Positions 38,867-49,891 of a DNA stretch of 64,000 nt are shown here, piece by piece. Source of the stretch: Candidatus Nezhaarchaeales archaeon (GTDB lineage: Archaea; Thermoproteota; Methanomethylicia; Nezhaarchaeales; WYZ-LMO8); assembly GCA_038887515.1 (NCBI GenBank), contig JAWAKK010000002.1:256001-320000 (forward strand), given 5' to 3'. The notes beneath the pieces were generated by a model. That model was not told the origin of the DNA and searched no databases. It saw only the letters and a list, made by a program, of their open reading frames with translations. The position numbers and the translations under genes were made by a program. Position 1 is the stretch's first letter, and each line of letters begins with the position of its first letter.

Positions 38867-38928
38867 ATAAGACCCCTCGGAAATTATTTAGAGACTGTAA
38901 GCTTAAGTATTTAAGGTGCGAACCCAAG

Positions 38929-39399
38929 ATGATGGCCGACAGAGAGCTACGCGTTCAAAAGATAAAGGAAGGCGTCGTCATAGACCATTTAAGGGCTGGA
39001 ACTGCCCTTAAAATTCTTGAGTTATTGGGGATAACCGGGAAAGAAGGCTATATAATAACAGTCGCTATGAACGTACCGAGCCAGAAGCTAGGAGTTAAGG
39101 ATATAATAAAAATAGAAGGTAGACATTTGAGTCCAGCAGAAGTTAGCAAAATAGCGCTTCTGGCTCCAAAGGCCACTCTGAACATAATAAAGGACTATCG
39201 AGTAGAAAAGAAGGAGAGGCTTAAGCCCCCCGATAAAATTGTAGGAATATTAAAGTGCAGCAACCCTACGTGCATTACAAACCACGAACCGCAAGTCCAA
39301 AGCAGGTTCCTTGTTATAAGTCGTGAACCCTTAAAAATTAAGTGCGAGTATTGTGAAACTTTAATGGATCAAACAGAAATAACTAAAAAGTTAAGCTAG
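38929..39399 (+). CDS. pyrI: Aspartate carbamoyltransferase regulatory subunit
   Basis: GVVIDH, KDIIKIE, CSNPTCIT, CEYC. Start is ATG 38929 or 38932, not 38830. Confidence 0.96.
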   Translation: MMADRELRVQKIKEGVVIDHLRAGTALKILELLGITGKEGYIITVAMNVPSQKLGVKDIIKIEGRHLSPAEVSKIALLAPKATLNIIKDYRVEKKERLKPPDKIVGILKCSNPTCITNHEPQVQSRFLVISREPLKIKCEYCETLMDQTEITKKLS

Positions 39400-39412
39400 A
39401 AAGTAGTCTTGG

Positions 39413-39736
39413 GTGAATTTAATGAAGATTGTGGCCGTCGGTAGCCAAGACTTCGTTGCAGGCTTAAGGTTAGCTGGGGTCGATGAGGGGTATGCTATCC
39501 AAGACTATTCGGAGGCCGACGTAAAGCTGTCGGCAATAACTAAAAGGAGCGATATCGCACTAGTACTGCTTGAGGAACGTTACGCCCTCGAAATACCAAA
39601 CTTCTACGATAAATACTTAAAACTAAAGCAACCTGTTATAACAATTATACCTACCGGCAAGGTAAGAGAGGGTGTACGCGATTACATGAGTGAGCTTATA
39701 AGGAGGACCATAGGGGTTGAGGTCGTCATAAAATAG
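39413..39736 (+). CDS. atpF: A/V-type ATP synthase subunit F
   Basis: GLRLAGV, IRRTIGV; precedes subunits A and B. Confidence 0.9.
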   Translation: MNLMKIVAVGSQDFVAGLRLAGVDEGYAIQDYSEADVKLSAITKRSDIALVLLEERYALEIPNFYDKYLKLKQPVITIIPTGKVREGVRDYMSELIRRTIGVEVVIK

Positions 39737-39749
39737 TTGTGGTGAAATC

Positions 39750-41537
39750 ATGCCCTGTATTGGAAAATTGATTAGGATAGCCGGTCCAGTAGTCGTTGCT
39801 AAGGGGATGAAAGGAAGCCAAATGTTCGAGTTAGTTAGAGTTGGAGAGCTAAACCTGATAGGCGAGATAATAAAGCTTCAAGAAGATCTGGCAACTATAC
39901 AGGTGTACGAAGAGACAAGCGGCTTAAGGCCGGGAGAAAAGGTTGTAGGCACAGGACAATTACTTTCCGTTGAACTCGGCCCCGGGATATTGACGCAAAT
40001 CTACGACGGTATCCAGAGGCCCCTCGAAGTGATAAAACACAGTTCAGGGGCTTTCATAGCTAGGGGGCTAACAGCTCCAGCTCTTCCAAGAGATAGGAAA
40101 TGGCACTTTACACCAAAGATAAATGCTGACAGTAAGGTTACAGGAGGAGACGTACTTGGAGAGGTTCAGGAAACCCCTCTAGTAACTCATAGAGTGATGG
40201 TCCCGCCGGGTATCGAAGGTATCTTAGAAGAAATAGTCCCTGAAGGAGACTATACTGTCGACGAGGTCATAGCGAAGGTTAGGGCCCCCAATGGTACCAT
40301 ACACGAATTAACAATGATGCAGAGGTGGCCAGTCCGTAAACCAAGGCCCTATAAGACGAAACTCGACCCGGTAAATCCATTGCTGACCGGTCAAAGGATC
40401 ATTGATGCTCTATTCCCCATAGCTAAGGGAGGAACCGCAGCTATACCCGGTGGATTTGGAACTGGAAAGACCGTGACGCAACATCAGTTAGCTCAGTGGG
40501 CTGATGCCAAGGTTATAGTATACATAGGTTGTGGCGAGCGAGGTAATGAGATGACAGAAATGCTGGAACGCTTCCCAGAACTCAAGGACCCGAGGACCGG
40601 TAGACCACTTATGGAGAGGACTGTAATGATAGCTAACACAAGTAACATGCCAGTAGCGGCGAGAGAAGCCAGCATCTATACTGGAGTAACTATAGCAGAG
40701 TACTTCAGGGACATGGGTTATGACGTAGCTTTAATGGCCGACTCGACATCGAGGTGGGCTGAAGCCCTTAGAGAAATCTCAGGGAGGTTAGAAGAGATGC
40801 CGGGAGAAGAGGGCTATCCTCCATATCTAGGAGCTAGGCTAGCTGAATTCTACGAGCGGGCTGGAAGAGTTGTCACGCTAGGCTCAGAAGATAGGATAGG
40901 TTCGGTCTCGATAATAGGTGCGGTCTCTCCTCCAGGGGGCGACTTTTCGGAACCGGTCGTACAAGCAACTCTAAGAATAGTAAAGGTCTTCTGGGCTCTA
41001 GATACGGCTCTTGCTTATAGGAGACATTTCCCAGCCATAAATTGGCTAACGAGCTATTCGCTCTACTTGGAGAGCTTAGAGGAATGGTTTAAAGAGAACG
41101 TGGCCCCCGACTGGCCTGAACTACGCAGAGAAGCCATGGCTATTCTACAGAGGGAGGCGGAGCTATTAGAGATAGTAAGGCTAGTCGGTCCCGACGCATT
41201 GCCCGAAGTTGATAAAGCGGTCCTTGAAGTTGCAAGAACTATAAGGGAAGACTTCCTGATGCAGCACGCCTATCACCCCGTAGATACTTACTGCCCGATG
41301 GACAAGACCTACCTGATGTTAAAGGTAATACTCTATTTCGATAGGAAAGTGAAAGAAGCTATATCAAATAAGGTTCCGTTGACCGAGATCCTAAAGCTAC
41401 CAATCAGGGAGGACCTAGCGAGGATGAAGTTGGTATCCTATGACAGGATAAGGGAAGTAGTGGAAAACATAATTAAGAAGATCGACGAGCAAATTGATTT
41501 ATTGATAAGAAGTCGGAAGGCTGTAGCGTCAGTTTAG
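39750..41537 (+). CDS. atpA: A/V-type ATP synthase subunit A
   Basis: [30 protein letters not shown]; no intein. Confidence 0.98.
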   Translation: MPCIGKLIRIAGPVVVAKGMKGSQMFELVRVGELNLIGEIIKLQEDLATIQVYEETSGLRPGEKVVGTGQLLSVELGPGILTQIYDGIQRPLEVIKHSSGAFIARGLTAPALPRDRKWHFTPKINADSKVTGGDVLGEVQETPLVTHRVMVPPGIEGILEEIVPEGDYTVDEVIAKVRAPNGTIHELTMMQRWPVRKPRPYKTKLDPVNPLLTGQRIIDALFPIAKGGTAAIPGGFGTGKTVTQHQLAQWADAKVIVYIGCGERGNEMTEMLERFPELKDPRTGRPLMERTVMIANTSNMPVAAREASIYTGVTIAEYFRDMGYDVALMADSTSRWAEALREISGRLEEMPGEEGYPPYLGARLAEFYERAGRVVTLGSEDRIGSVSIIGAVSPPGGDFSEPVVQATLRIVKVFWALDTALAYRRHFPAINWLTSYSLYLESLEEWFKENVAPDWPELRREAMAILQREAELLEIVRLVGPDALPEVDKAVLEVARTIREDFLMQHAYHPVDTYCPMDKTYLMLKVILYFDRKVKEAISNKVPLTEILKLPIREDLARMKLVSYDRIREVVENIIKKIDEQIDLLIRSRKAVASV

Positions 41538-41549
41538 GGAGGTTTTAAT

Positions 41550-42962
41550 ATGGCATCTATTACCACTTCCGCGCTTAAAGCAAGGAAGTATAGGACTATA
41601 AGTGAAATCGCGGGTCCACTCTTAATAGTCAAGAGTGTAAACGATGTAGCGTACAACGAGCTCGTTAAAATCGAGACAGGGACTGGAGAGATAAGGACAG
41701 GGGTAGTTTTGGAAAGCGCGGATGGTTACGCGGTCGTCCAGGTGTTCGAAGGAACAAGCGGTCTCGACGTTGAAAAGACGGGGGTAACTTTTCTAGGCGA
41801 GACATTGAAAGTTCCAGTCTCTATTGAAATGCTTGGAAGAATATTTGATGGTAAGGGGCAGCCAATAGACGGTGGACCTCAAATAATACCTGAAGAAGAG
41901 CTGGACGTATACGGCTCGCCAATAAACCCCTCAGCTCGTGAGTACCCTAAAGAGTTTATTCAAACTGGAATTAGCGTCATAGATGGCATGAATACCTTAA
42001 GCCGAGGCCAAAAGCTTCCCATGTTTACCGAGGCAGGTATGCCTCACAACACGTTAGCAGCACAAATAGCCCGTCAGGCTACAATCCCCGGTAAAGAAGA
42101 AGAATTCGCTATAGTCTTTGCAGCTATAGGAATCACCGCTGAGGAGGCCATGTTCTTTAGGAACGAGTTCATAAGGACGGGAGCAATAGAGAGACTAGTA
42201 ACTTTCTTAAACTTAGCTGAGAACCCGGCAATAGAACGAGTTGTAACTCCACATATGGCTCTAACGGTAGCTGAGTACCTCGCCTTTAAACACGATATGC
42301 ACGTGCTAGTCATAATGACTGACATGCTAAACTACGGTGAAGCTCTCCGAGAGATAAGTGCCGCGAGAGCTGAAGTTCCGGGCAGGAGAGGTTATCCCGG
42401 TTACCTCTATACGTCCTTAGCTCAAATATACGAGAGGTGCGGAAGAATTCATGGAAAGAAAGGCTCTATAACACTTATACCAGTAGTTACAATGCCCGGA
42501 GGCGATATTACACACCCGGTCGTTGACTTAACGGGCTACATCACTGAAGGTCAGCTAATAATGAGTAAAGAGTTGCACCGTAAAGGTATATACCCCCCGA
42601 TAAATCCTCTTCCATCACTTAGTAGACTAATGAAGGAGGCAACTAGATACACTAGGAAGGATCACATGCAGTTAAGCGACATGTTATACTATTGCTACAG
42701 TGAGGCTCAAGATTTAAGGAGCCTTGTAGCAGTTATCGGAGAAGAGGCGTTAACGGAACGTGACCGAGCCTACCTGGCTTTTGGAGAAGCGTTTGAGAGG
42801 CGCTTTATAAATCAAGGCGTGTACGAGAACAGAGATCTCGACAAAACGCTTGAAATAGCGTGGAACCTATTAATCGAATACATACCAGAGCCCGAGTGGA
42901 AGCGTCTCGATCCCGAGGTAATAAAGACTTACTGTCCAAAGTATCGGGGAAAGAAGGTTTAG
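41550..42962 (+). CDS. atpB: A/V-type ATP synthase subunit B
   Basis: [38 protein letters not shown]. Confidence 0.98.
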   Translation: MASITTSALKARKYRTISEIAGPLLIVKSVNDVAYNELVKIETGTGEIRTGVVLESADGYAVVQVFEGTSGLDVEKTGVTFLGETLKVPVSIEMLGRIFDGKGQPIDGGPQIIPEEELDVYGSPINPSAREYPKEFIQTGISVIDGMNTLSRGQKLPMFTEAGMPHNTLAAQIARQATIPGKEEEFAIVFAAIGITAEEAMFFRNEFIRTGAIERLVTFLNLAENPAIERVVTPHMALTVAEYLAFKHDMHVLVIMTDMLNYGEALREISAARAEVPGRRGYPGYLYTSLAQIYERCGRIHGKKGSITLIPVVTMPGGDITHPVVDLTGYITEGQLIMSKELHRKGIYPPINPLPSLSRLMKEATRYTRKDHMQLSDMLYYCYSEAQDLRSLVAVIGEEALTERDRAYLAFGEAFERRFINQGVYENRDLDKTLEIAWNLLIEYIPEPEWKRLDPEVIKTYCPKYRGKKV

Positions 42963-42970
42963 GTAAAGGT

Positions 42971-43750
42971 TCAGGTACAGGTCTTCGCCTTTTTCCTTCC
43001 GCCTACATGAACCCCTTCAACTATTTCCTTAAGCTTACTTTCCATATTCACTTTATCCTCGAGGACTGTTCCGGTAACGATTATATCAGCTCCAGCTTCA
43101 GCTAACGCCTGAGCTTGATCCTTCCTTCTTATCCCTCCGCCAACGATGAGCTTTATAGCTATTTGTCCCCTTACGAAGTTTACGGTATCTGGTGGCACAG
43201 GTTCCGGGGCGCCTGACCCCCCCTCTATGTAAAAGTACCTCATGCCTAGATACTGTGCAGCTAAAGCGTATAGGGCTATTACGTCAGCTTTATGGGGCGG
43301 TATGCTTCTCGCCTGGCCTACTATCCCTACAGTTCCACCATCACCCACTATTACATAGCCCATGGGCAAAGCTTCAAGCCCATACTTCTTGACTATAGCG
43401 GCGCCTTGTACTTGAGCGCCTATTATAAAGTAGGGGTTCATAGAATTTAAGAGCGACATGAACCATATGGCATCGGCATATCGGCTTATAGTGTTGACAT
43501 TGCTCGGAAATACTATTACTGGAAGGTTGCAGTTTTCCTTGATAGCTTTTATTACTTCATCCATCGTATGTTCATTGATGTTTAGACTTCCACCGACCAT
43601 TATGGCCGAGCTTCCTGCATCAACTACTACTCTGGCGACTTTAGCTGCCTCCATGGGGTTCAGCTTTTCAGGATCGAGTAGCGACACATGTATTGACCCT
43701 TTTTCTTCTATTTCATCATTGAGGTACTTTTCAACCCTCAATAGTTTCAC
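42971..43750 (-). CDS. Geranylgeranylglyceryl phosphate synthase (group II)
   Basis: LLDPEK, MVGGS, MSLLNS, YIEGGSGA, VGGGIR, IVTGT. Confidence 0.95.
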   Translation of the reverse strand: MKLLRVEKYLNDEIEEKGSIHVSLLDPEKLNPMEAAKVARVVVDAGSSAIMVGGSLNINEHTMDEVIKAIKENCNLPVIVFPSNVNTISRYADAIWFMSLLNSMNPYFIIGAQVQGAAIVKKYGLEALPMGYVIVGDGGTVGIVGQARSIPPHKADVIALYALAAQYLGMRYFYIEGGSGAPEPVPPDTVNFVRGQIAIKLIVGGGIRRKDQAQALAEAGADIIVTGTVLEDKVNMESKLKEIVEGVHVGGRKKAKTCT

Positions 43751-43991
43751 CTCTGCTACTTAGTTCACCTGAATAATACTTGTCCACAAACGTGTTGTAA
43801 TAATGAACCGGTTCATAATTCTTTACTCTCTCCATTTTTAAGATTAAACCACAGTTAGAACATGAAATTACGACTTCTTCATTCTCACTTACTGTTACAC
43901 TGACTACATCGCAACTGGGACACCTAAATACCTTAGGAGGTTTACGCACTACCTTCTTAACTACCTTCCTTCTTTTCCTTCGACCACCCAT
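43731..43991 (-). CDS. elf1: Transcription elongation factor Elf1
   Basis: MGGRRKRRK basic N-terminus, FRCPSC...CSNCG, EPVHYY..FVD. Confidence 0.9.
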   Translation of the reverse strand: MGGRRKRRKVVKKVVRKPPKVFRCPSCDVVSVTVSENEEVVISCSNCGLILKMERVKNYEPVHYYNTFVDKYYSGELSSRGETIEG

Positions 43992-44032
43992 TAAACTACA
44001 CCCTTATCCGAACGTTATTTCATAGAGAAAGA

Positions 44033-45166
44033 TTATCGTTTTAATCTTTCGTAGGCTATAAAGAAGGCTGTAATTGCTACTGTAATAGTTACAGCAATCG
44101 CTATCCACGTAGCAAAGATTACGGGAGACCTCGTGGGATCTAGTAGGAGTAGGGCCATTTCCACGAGCGGTTGCCTTAGTAAGATGCAGAATACCGCCGA
44201 TACAGCTTCATGCCATACCTTCTGCTTACTATTACTAGATAAGTGCTTGTGAAGTCCTTTTGCCGCCAATAGAATTACCGATGCTACTATTATGAGATCC
44301 AAGGGCGTAACGTCGAAAACTATAGAGCCTGCATTATAATTCTTCGGGTTTATGAGGAATATTCCTATGAGCGCTCCAAGGTTCATAAACTCGGTTAACG
44401 ACGCGTTCTTGCTTATGGCTGAAACTATTGCTGAGCCTCCCAAGTAAAGGGCTACTATGAATATTATCAGCGACACGAAGGAGCCGAAGAAGAGGACTGG
44501 GGCTGTAGACCAGCTATGAGATAAGCGTCTATCTATACTAAAGCCCTTAACTAACAATGTGAGCCCTATAATCAATAGTAAGGCTATTCCACCATAATGC
44601 GCGTAACCCACGCTGATAAGTATCGCTAAGGCCACTAGAAAGATTCCAGGTAAGCCTAAGAGGTACAGGGAATACCGTGGATTCTCAGCTATGCCCTTCA
44701 AATATCTTATAAATAGAGAGTAAGCGTCCTCTATTTCTCGTACTTGCTTAACTAGTACCCTATTTATGGAGACTATTGGAACCCTGGCCTGCAATATTGG
44801 TATAACTCGTTCATCCGATGCGCCATCACTAACGAATATTATCCCGTCGACACTGTACCTCTCAAGTATTTTATCAACTTCACTTGCAATTTTCATATCA
44901 GCTTTGACGCCGCCCTCTCTAACACCAGCAACGGTTGCTACTTCGCATTCAAACCCTTCCTTTACTAATTCATCGTAAAGCTTTATTGCTGCGAAGAGAG
45001 CATTAGCATCAGATTCGTCGGGCATTTTAAGTATAAATTCTGTAGCTACCTTAAGGTTCTCCTCTCTACCTATTATTGGCGTCTCGACCCCAGTAATGTT
45101 GCTTACATCTCCATCTCTATCGACGTATAGTACTAATAGCTTCTTTCCAAATGGAGAAGCCCTCAT
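44033..45166 (-). CDS. DUF373 family membrane protein
   Basis: VDRDGD, PDESDAN, SDGASDE, then several TM helices. Confidence 0.9.
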   Translation of the reverse strand: MRASPFGKKLLVLYVDRDGDVSNITGVETPIIGREENLKVATEFILKMPDESDANALFAAIKLYDELVKEGFECEVATVAGVREGGVKADMKIASEVDKILERYSVDGIIFVSDGASDERVIPILQARVPIVSINRVLVKQVREIEDAYSLFIRYLKGIAENPRYSLYLLGLPGIFLVALAILISVGYAHYGGIALLLIIGLTLLVKGFSIDRRLSHSWSTAPVLFFGSFVSLIIFIVALYLGGSAIVSAISKNASLTEFMNLGALIGIFLINPKNYNAGSIVFDVTPLDLIIVASVILLAAKGLHKHLSSNSKQKVWHEAVSAVFCILLRQPLVEMALLLLDPTRSPVIFATWIAIAVTITVAITAFFIAYERLKR

Positions 45167-45177
45167 GGTTGAACACT

Positions 45178-46017
45178 TTAGAGTCTTACCCTCTTCCCCT
45201 TTTTAAGATCCTCAAGGACTTTTTCATAAATTTTTTCGAGTTCTTCTTCCTTTGCCTTAAACTTTGCAGCCTCTTCTTCCAACTTCTTCATTAATACTTC
45301 ATCTTTAACCTTCCTCTTTTTGCTAATGAGGCTCTTTAATTCTTCTCTCAATTCTTCTCTCTTCTTTTTGAAGATAACTATTTTCTCCTTAATAGTTTCA
45401 ATGCTCTTCTTGACTTCTTCTCTTCGCTGTATTAGAACCTTAAGTCTCTCTTGGAGACTTGAGATCTTTGATCTAAGTTTTTCAATCTCGTCTTTAAGCT
45501 CTTTCAACCCTACAGTTATTTGGTTGTAGATCTCCTCTCTTCTTTGTATCTCTTTCTCTTTCTCTATTAGCTTATCGGCTATGACCACCAGAAGCCTTAT
45601 ATCTTCAATGAATTTCACCATCTTCTTCTCTTCTTCAGGGCTCAGCGAAGATGTTTGATATTTCCACTCTAAGTCGTCCAGCGTTTTTCTTAACTCATTG
45701 GGATCTCTGCGTCCAAGCTTTGGTCGCAGATTCCTAGTTTCATCCCTCAACTTTCTTAGTTCACTTACTAGTTTCTTTAACTCTTCTTTTCTACTTTGTA
45801 GCTCTTTCTTCTTTATTAGGAGTTCATCCTTTGTACTTTTGATTTCTTGTATTACTTGTGCTATCTCGCTTCTAACCTCATTCCTTTCTTTCTTTTTCTC
45901 TTCAAGGTCTCTGTACAAGCAATTAAGCTCTTCCCTAATTTTATTTAGTTCGCCTCTTAACTTCGCCTCCTTCTTTGCTCCTTCATCACTACCTGGGTTG
46001 GCGTTCAAGGCCGACAC
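45178..46017 (-). CDS. Archaeal coiled-coil protein (COG1340-like)
   Basis: K/E-rich heptads with LEWKYQTSSLSPEEEK motif. Confidence 0.82.
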   Translation of the reverse strand: MSALNANPGSDEGAKKEAKLRGELNKIREELNCLYRDLEEKKKERNEVRSEIAQVIQEIKSTKDELLIKKKELQSRKEELKKLVSELRKLRDETRNLRPKLGRRDPNELRKTLDDLEWKYQTSSLSPEEEKKMVKFIEDIRLLVVIADKLIEKEKEIQRREEIYNQITVGLKELKDEIEKLRSKISSLQERLKVLIQRREEVKKSIETIKEKIVIFKKKREELREELKSLISKKRKVKDEVLMKKLEEEAAKFKAKEEELEKIYEKVLEDLKKGKRVRL

Positions 46018-46032
46018 CTAACAACTTTATTA

Positions 46033-46824
46033 TCACTCGCTGTCAACTCTAAATGGACCCACGTCAACAAATTCCTCTTCACCACCAGCAAAAATTCTTT
46101 GAAGTTGGGCAAACAATTCATCTAAACCTTCACCTGTTACTGAAGATACCGGAACGATATTCGTCAAGCTCTCAAGCTCCATTAATACATACATGAGGTT
46201 CCGACTGAAATCGCCCAGCAAAGCGTTTTCCTCCTTCCTCATAATGCTACATATATAATCTACATGCTCAAACCATTTTGTAGCTACTTCGCGATCCTTT
46301 CTAGTTAATAAATCTGACTTAGACAGTACACATATTTGAGGTTTAAGTAGGCTAAATTGAACGGATGCTGATAGAAGTAACGAAGCAGCGAGACCGCTAG
46401 GCCTCCTCATAAGGCTTGCATCAACAAGGTATGCAACTGCAGTCCTATCAGAACATAGTGTTGATATTATAGCTCTTCCAGCATCCCTAAAAGCAAATAA
46501 CTCCATTTGGCCGGGGGTATCTACTAATATGTAGAGGGGGTTATCCTTTTCAGCTTCTTCTTTTAACTTTTCGGCAAAACTAGCTATCATGTCTGCACAG
46601 GCTATGAACGCTCCATTGGGTCCCAAAGTAAGCTCGATCATGACCTTCTCGAAATCTATGTAATCTCTAACATCGATGTCGGGTCCGTAAGGTAACCATT
46701 TAGCTCCCGGATCTAGGTTTACAGTTACAACGTCTTGATCCCTCTCTCGGAGCCATCTAGAGAACGAGTCAACTAGTGTAGATTTTCCTGAGCCGGCCGT
46801 ACCTACAAAGTACACATAAAACAT
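46033..46824 (-). CDS. GPN-loop GTPase
   Basis: GTAGSGKS, NLDPG, LGPNG, DTPGQMELF, SKSD; ATG at 46824 follows a GGAGG SD. Confidence 0.95.
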   Translation of the reverse strand: MFYVYFVGTAGSGKSTLVDSFSRWLRERDQDVVTVNLDPGAKWLPYGPDIDVRDYIDFEKVMIELTLGPNGAFIACADMIASFAEKLKEEAEKDNPLYILVDTPGQMELFAFRDAGRAIISTLCSDRTAVAYLVDASLMRRPSGLAASLLLSASVQFSLLKPQICVLSKSDLLTRKDREVATKWFEHVDYICSIMRKEENALLGDFSRNLMYVLMELESLTNIVPVSSVTGEGLDELFAQLQRIFAGGEEEFVDVGPFRVDSE

Positions 46825-46849
46825 AGATCGACCAGTTCCTCCATGCACT

Positions 46850-47048
46850 TTAATCCTTTTTGCTTAGCCACCATTTAAGATACTCCTTCTTCGAATAGTT
46901 TTCACCATTTTTCGGCCTTCTTCCTCCGAGAGCTACTATAAATATTATATTCCTCTAGGGTCATAGTCAATCCGCAACCCTTACATATGTATCGTTGCGC
47001 TAACCTATCATAACTAAAATCTCCACAACACTCAGGGCACTTAACCAA
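46850..47048 (-). pseudogene. Small Zn-ribbon protein with a +1 frameshift in an A5 run (not in the ORF track)
   Basis: SD GGTGG + TTG; MVKCPECCGDFSYD...YICKGCGL stops at 46902. The shifted frame continues ...KEYLKWWLSKKD* to 46850. Confidence 0.7.
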
Positions 47049-47148
47049 GATAACCACCTTCAAATTCAAGGAGATCTTTGAACAGCAATTTAAATGTGTT
47101 CTTAAACGGAGACATAAGCTTATTAGCTTTCTAAGTCGTCAATCTAAC

Positions 47149-48177
47149 GTGTACAGTCTCCTTCTAATTCTTTCTGGAGAACATCAAACTCTACCAGTAG
47201 CCGAAGTCAAGGCCACCTTAGAGGCTGAGAGTTTTAATTTTAGACTACGTGAATTCGAGCAACCAATACTGATAATAGAAGTAGATAACCAAGAAGTACA
47301 CAAGATCTTAGAGAAGAGGCTCGCCATGACTTTAGAGGGAATAGCTCTTCTGTTTAAATGTGAAGCTGATATTAAAGGGGTCGAGAACTCTTTAAAGGAT
47401 ATAGACCTTAGTTTTCTTGAAGGTAAGACTATTGCTGTGAGAGTGACCAAGAAGATTCGACGTGATGACATTAAGTCGATAGATCTTGAGAGAAAAATTG
47501 GAGCAATGATCCTAAACAAGACCAAGAACGTGAAGGTCAACTTGAGGAGCCCAGATATAGTACTTAGAGGTGTGCTGACTTCTTCGTTTTACTTTGGTGT
47601 TAGAAAGTTCCAAGTTGATCGGGGGACTTACGACCTTCGAAGACCACGATATCGACCTTTCTTTCATCCAGGAAGCCTTGAACCGAGAGTTTGTAGAGTT
47701 TTCGTCAACTTGGCTAGGACAAAGAAAGGCTCGACATTCTTAGATCCATTTAATGGTACTGGAGGCTTTTCCATAGAGGCTAGCATGATAGGGTGCCAGG
47801 TTATAGGTCTCGACCTAGACGATGATATGTGTCACGGAGCGCTGAGGAACATGAAAGCCCTCAAGTGCGAGTATGTAGGTATGGTAAGAGGCGACGCGCG
47901 TAAATTGCCTATGATGAGGGAATCTATAGATAGTATTGCAACAGACCCCCCTTATGGAAGGGCTACGTCACTAAAGAAAATATTGCTTAAGGAGTTGTTG
48001 CAAGATTTTTTAAATCAAGCCGAAGAAATTCTTAAGAAAGGGGGATATCTCTGTTTTGCGCATCCGTCCTGGCTTACAGACTTTAGCATTCCGAGCCGTA
48101 TGATAATCGTAGAGCAGCACGCTATGAAGGTCCATAGATCTCTGACAAGAAAAATCACAGTTTTAAGGAGGTTGTAA
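47149..48177 (+). CDS. trm11: tRNA (guanine10-N2)-methyltransferase with THUMP domain
   Basis: THUMP (VNLRSPD), RPFFHPG, DPFNGTGG, ATDPPYGR. Confidence 0.9.
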   Translation: MYSLLLILSGEHQTLPVAEVKATLEAESFNFRLREFEQPILIIEVDNQEVHKILEKRLAMTLEGIALLFKCEADIKGVENSLKDIDLSFLEGKTIAVRVTKKIRRDDIKSIDLERKIGAMILNKTKNVKVNLRSPDIVLRGVLTSSFYFGVRKFQVDRGTYDLRRPRYRPFFHPGSLEPRVCRVFVNLARTKKGSTFLDPFNGTGGFSIEASMIGCQVIGLDLDDDMCHGALRNMKALKCEYVGMVRGDARKLPMMRESIDSIATDPPYGRATSLKKILLKELLQDFLNQAEEILKKGGYLCFAHPSWLTDFSIPSRMIIVEQHAMKVHRSLTRKITVLRRL

Positions 48178-48179
48178 CC

Positions 48180-49091
48180 TTGATTCGAATAGTTTTCTTG
48201 GGCACTTCGGCCAGTGTACCCACAAAAAGTAGGGCCTTACCTTCAATCATGGTCATTAGGGATGGGGAGCAAATACTTTTTGATTGCGGCGAAGGGACTC
48301 AACAACAGATGATAAAAGCTGGGATAGGCATGAGGAAGAAGCTAAGGATCTTCATAACGCACATGCATGCAGACCACGTATTAGGCTTGGCAGGAATTCT
48401 AATGTCGTTATCGTTGACGGGTAGGCGAGATCCCCTTGAGATCTATGGTCCACCTAAAATATCCTCGTTTCTCGAATCCATGAAATGTCTCTTTAATTTC
48501 AATCCAACGTTCGACATAATAGTTCGTAAGGTTTCTAGCGGCGTAGTTTACCAAGGAAAGGGTTTTAAGATAATAGCTTTCAATGTGAAACACATAGAAG
48601 AATCCTATGGATACGCCTTAGTAGAGGACCCAAGGCCAGGAAGGTTTAATCCAAAGAGAGCTGAGGAGCTTGGTGTTCCAAAGGGTCCCTTGTGGAAGGC
48701 TCTTCAAGATGGTAAGTCTATTAGAATTGGTGAACGTGAAGTAAAACCCGAAGACGTTATGGGTCCCCTTCGTAAGGGCCTCAAAGTGGTATATAGTGGA
48801 GATACGGCCCCTACGCATGAAGTTGTTGAAGTCTCTAAGAATGCTGACTTGCTAATCCATGAAGCTACGTTCGACGACTCTTTGAAAGACATAGCAGCTA
48901 ACGAACTTCACAGCACGGCTAGTCAAGCTGCTAGCATAGCATTAGAAGCTAACGTAAAAATGTTGGCATTAACACATATAAGCCCTAGATATGAGGATCC
49001 GAGCATACTCTTGAGTCAAGCAAAAAAGATATTTGATAATACATTGATTGCGGAAGATCTTATGAGCATAGATTTGGCTTGGTCAAACTAG
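48180..49091 (+). CDS. rnz: Ribonuclease Z
   Basis: FLGT, DCGEGTQ, THMHADH, GP exosite, SGDT, HEAT, THISPRY. Confidence 0.97.
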   Translation: MIRIVFLGTSASVPTKSRALPSIMVIRDGEQILFDCGEGTQQQMIKAGIGMRKKLRIFITHMHADHVLGLAGILMSLSLTGRRDPLEIYGPPKISSFLESMKCLFNFNPTFDIIVRKVSSGVVYQGKGFKIIAFNVKHIEESYGYALVEDPRPGRFNPKRAEELGVPKGPLWKALQDGKSIRIGEREVKPEDVMGPLRKGLKVVYSGDTAPTHEVVEVSKNADLLIHEATFDDSLKDIAANELHSTASQAASIALEANVKMLALTHISPRYEDPSILLSQAKKIFDNTLIAEDLMSIDLAWSN

Positions 49092-49891
49092 CGCAACATC
49101 TTATCGATAACACTAAAGCTTTTCTGAACATCCTTAAAGTTCATAACCTCTATAGTCAACCCACCAACGAGCTTCAACCCCTTCACTAAAGGTAATATTA
49201 AGGCCCAATTTACCGTCCCCGAGCCTACAGCTAAGTGACCATCACTCTTGCCATCGTTGTCGTGCAAGTGTAAGTGCAGTATACGGTCTCCAACTCTTAA
49301 GAGGTAATCTCGCGCCTCGTAGGTATTAATGGTGTTGGTGTGGCCTATATCTAGGGTAAGTCCCAACATCTCCAACGCGTGTATTTCCTCCATAAACCGG
49401 ATGGCATCCTTGTATGAACGAATTGCAGCGGAGACATCAGAGGGCATATTTTCGACCCCTACGTAAATGTCCAGGTCGTTTGCAAGTTTGTTTAAGCGCT
49501 TAAGCGAGTCCAAGAACAAGTTCCATGAAACTTTGGGCTTAAGAAAATCAAGTGGGGATATAAAGCCAGAGTGTATGACAACAAGTTTCGCATCGATTTC
49601 GTAAGCATGCCTAATTGAGTCCTCGATAAGCTTTAGAGCCACGGCCCTTAAAGCATTTTGTGGCGTCGATATATTTATGCCATCGAATGGTGCATGAACC
49701 ACGTAGTTTAAAGAATATGTTTTCTTTAGCTCATTGAGCTCTCGAACCTTTTTACTGTCTAATCTATGGTTCCACTCGTCGACTATCTCTATATTGTTGA
49801 AGCCTAAGTCCACAGCCTTCATCATGAACCTTTTCAATGGCTTAAGTGCGCCTGCCAAGGACGACAGAAAAACTTTCATACAACCTCTCAC
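49088..49891 (-). CDS. Xylose isomerase-like/AP endonuclease 2 TIM-barrel protein
   Basis: HAPF, VENM, LDIGH, HLHDNDG..DGHL..G.G, TIEV. Confidence 0.88.
   Translation of the reverse strand: MRGCMKVFLSSLAGALKPLKRFMMKAVDLGFNNIEIVDEWNHRLDSKKVRELNELKKTYSLNYVVHAPFDGINISTPQNALRAVALKLIEDSIRHAYEIDAKLVVIHSGFISPLDFLKPKVSWNLFLDSLKRLNKLANDLDIYVGVENMPSDVSAAIRSYKDAIRFMEEIHALEMLGLTLDIGHTNTINTYEARDYLLRVGDRILHLHLHDNDGKSDGHLAVGSGTVNWALILPLVKGLKLVGGLTIEVMNFKDVQKSFSVIDKMLR

Noticed and set aside
38830-38928. N-terminal extension of pyrI
   Set aside because: It overlaps the pyrB start and the promoter; PyrI similarity begins at MADREL.
45178-46017. Low-complexity purine-rich sequence as a repeat array
   Set aside because: Explained by K/E-rich coiled-coil codons; no discrete repeat unit.
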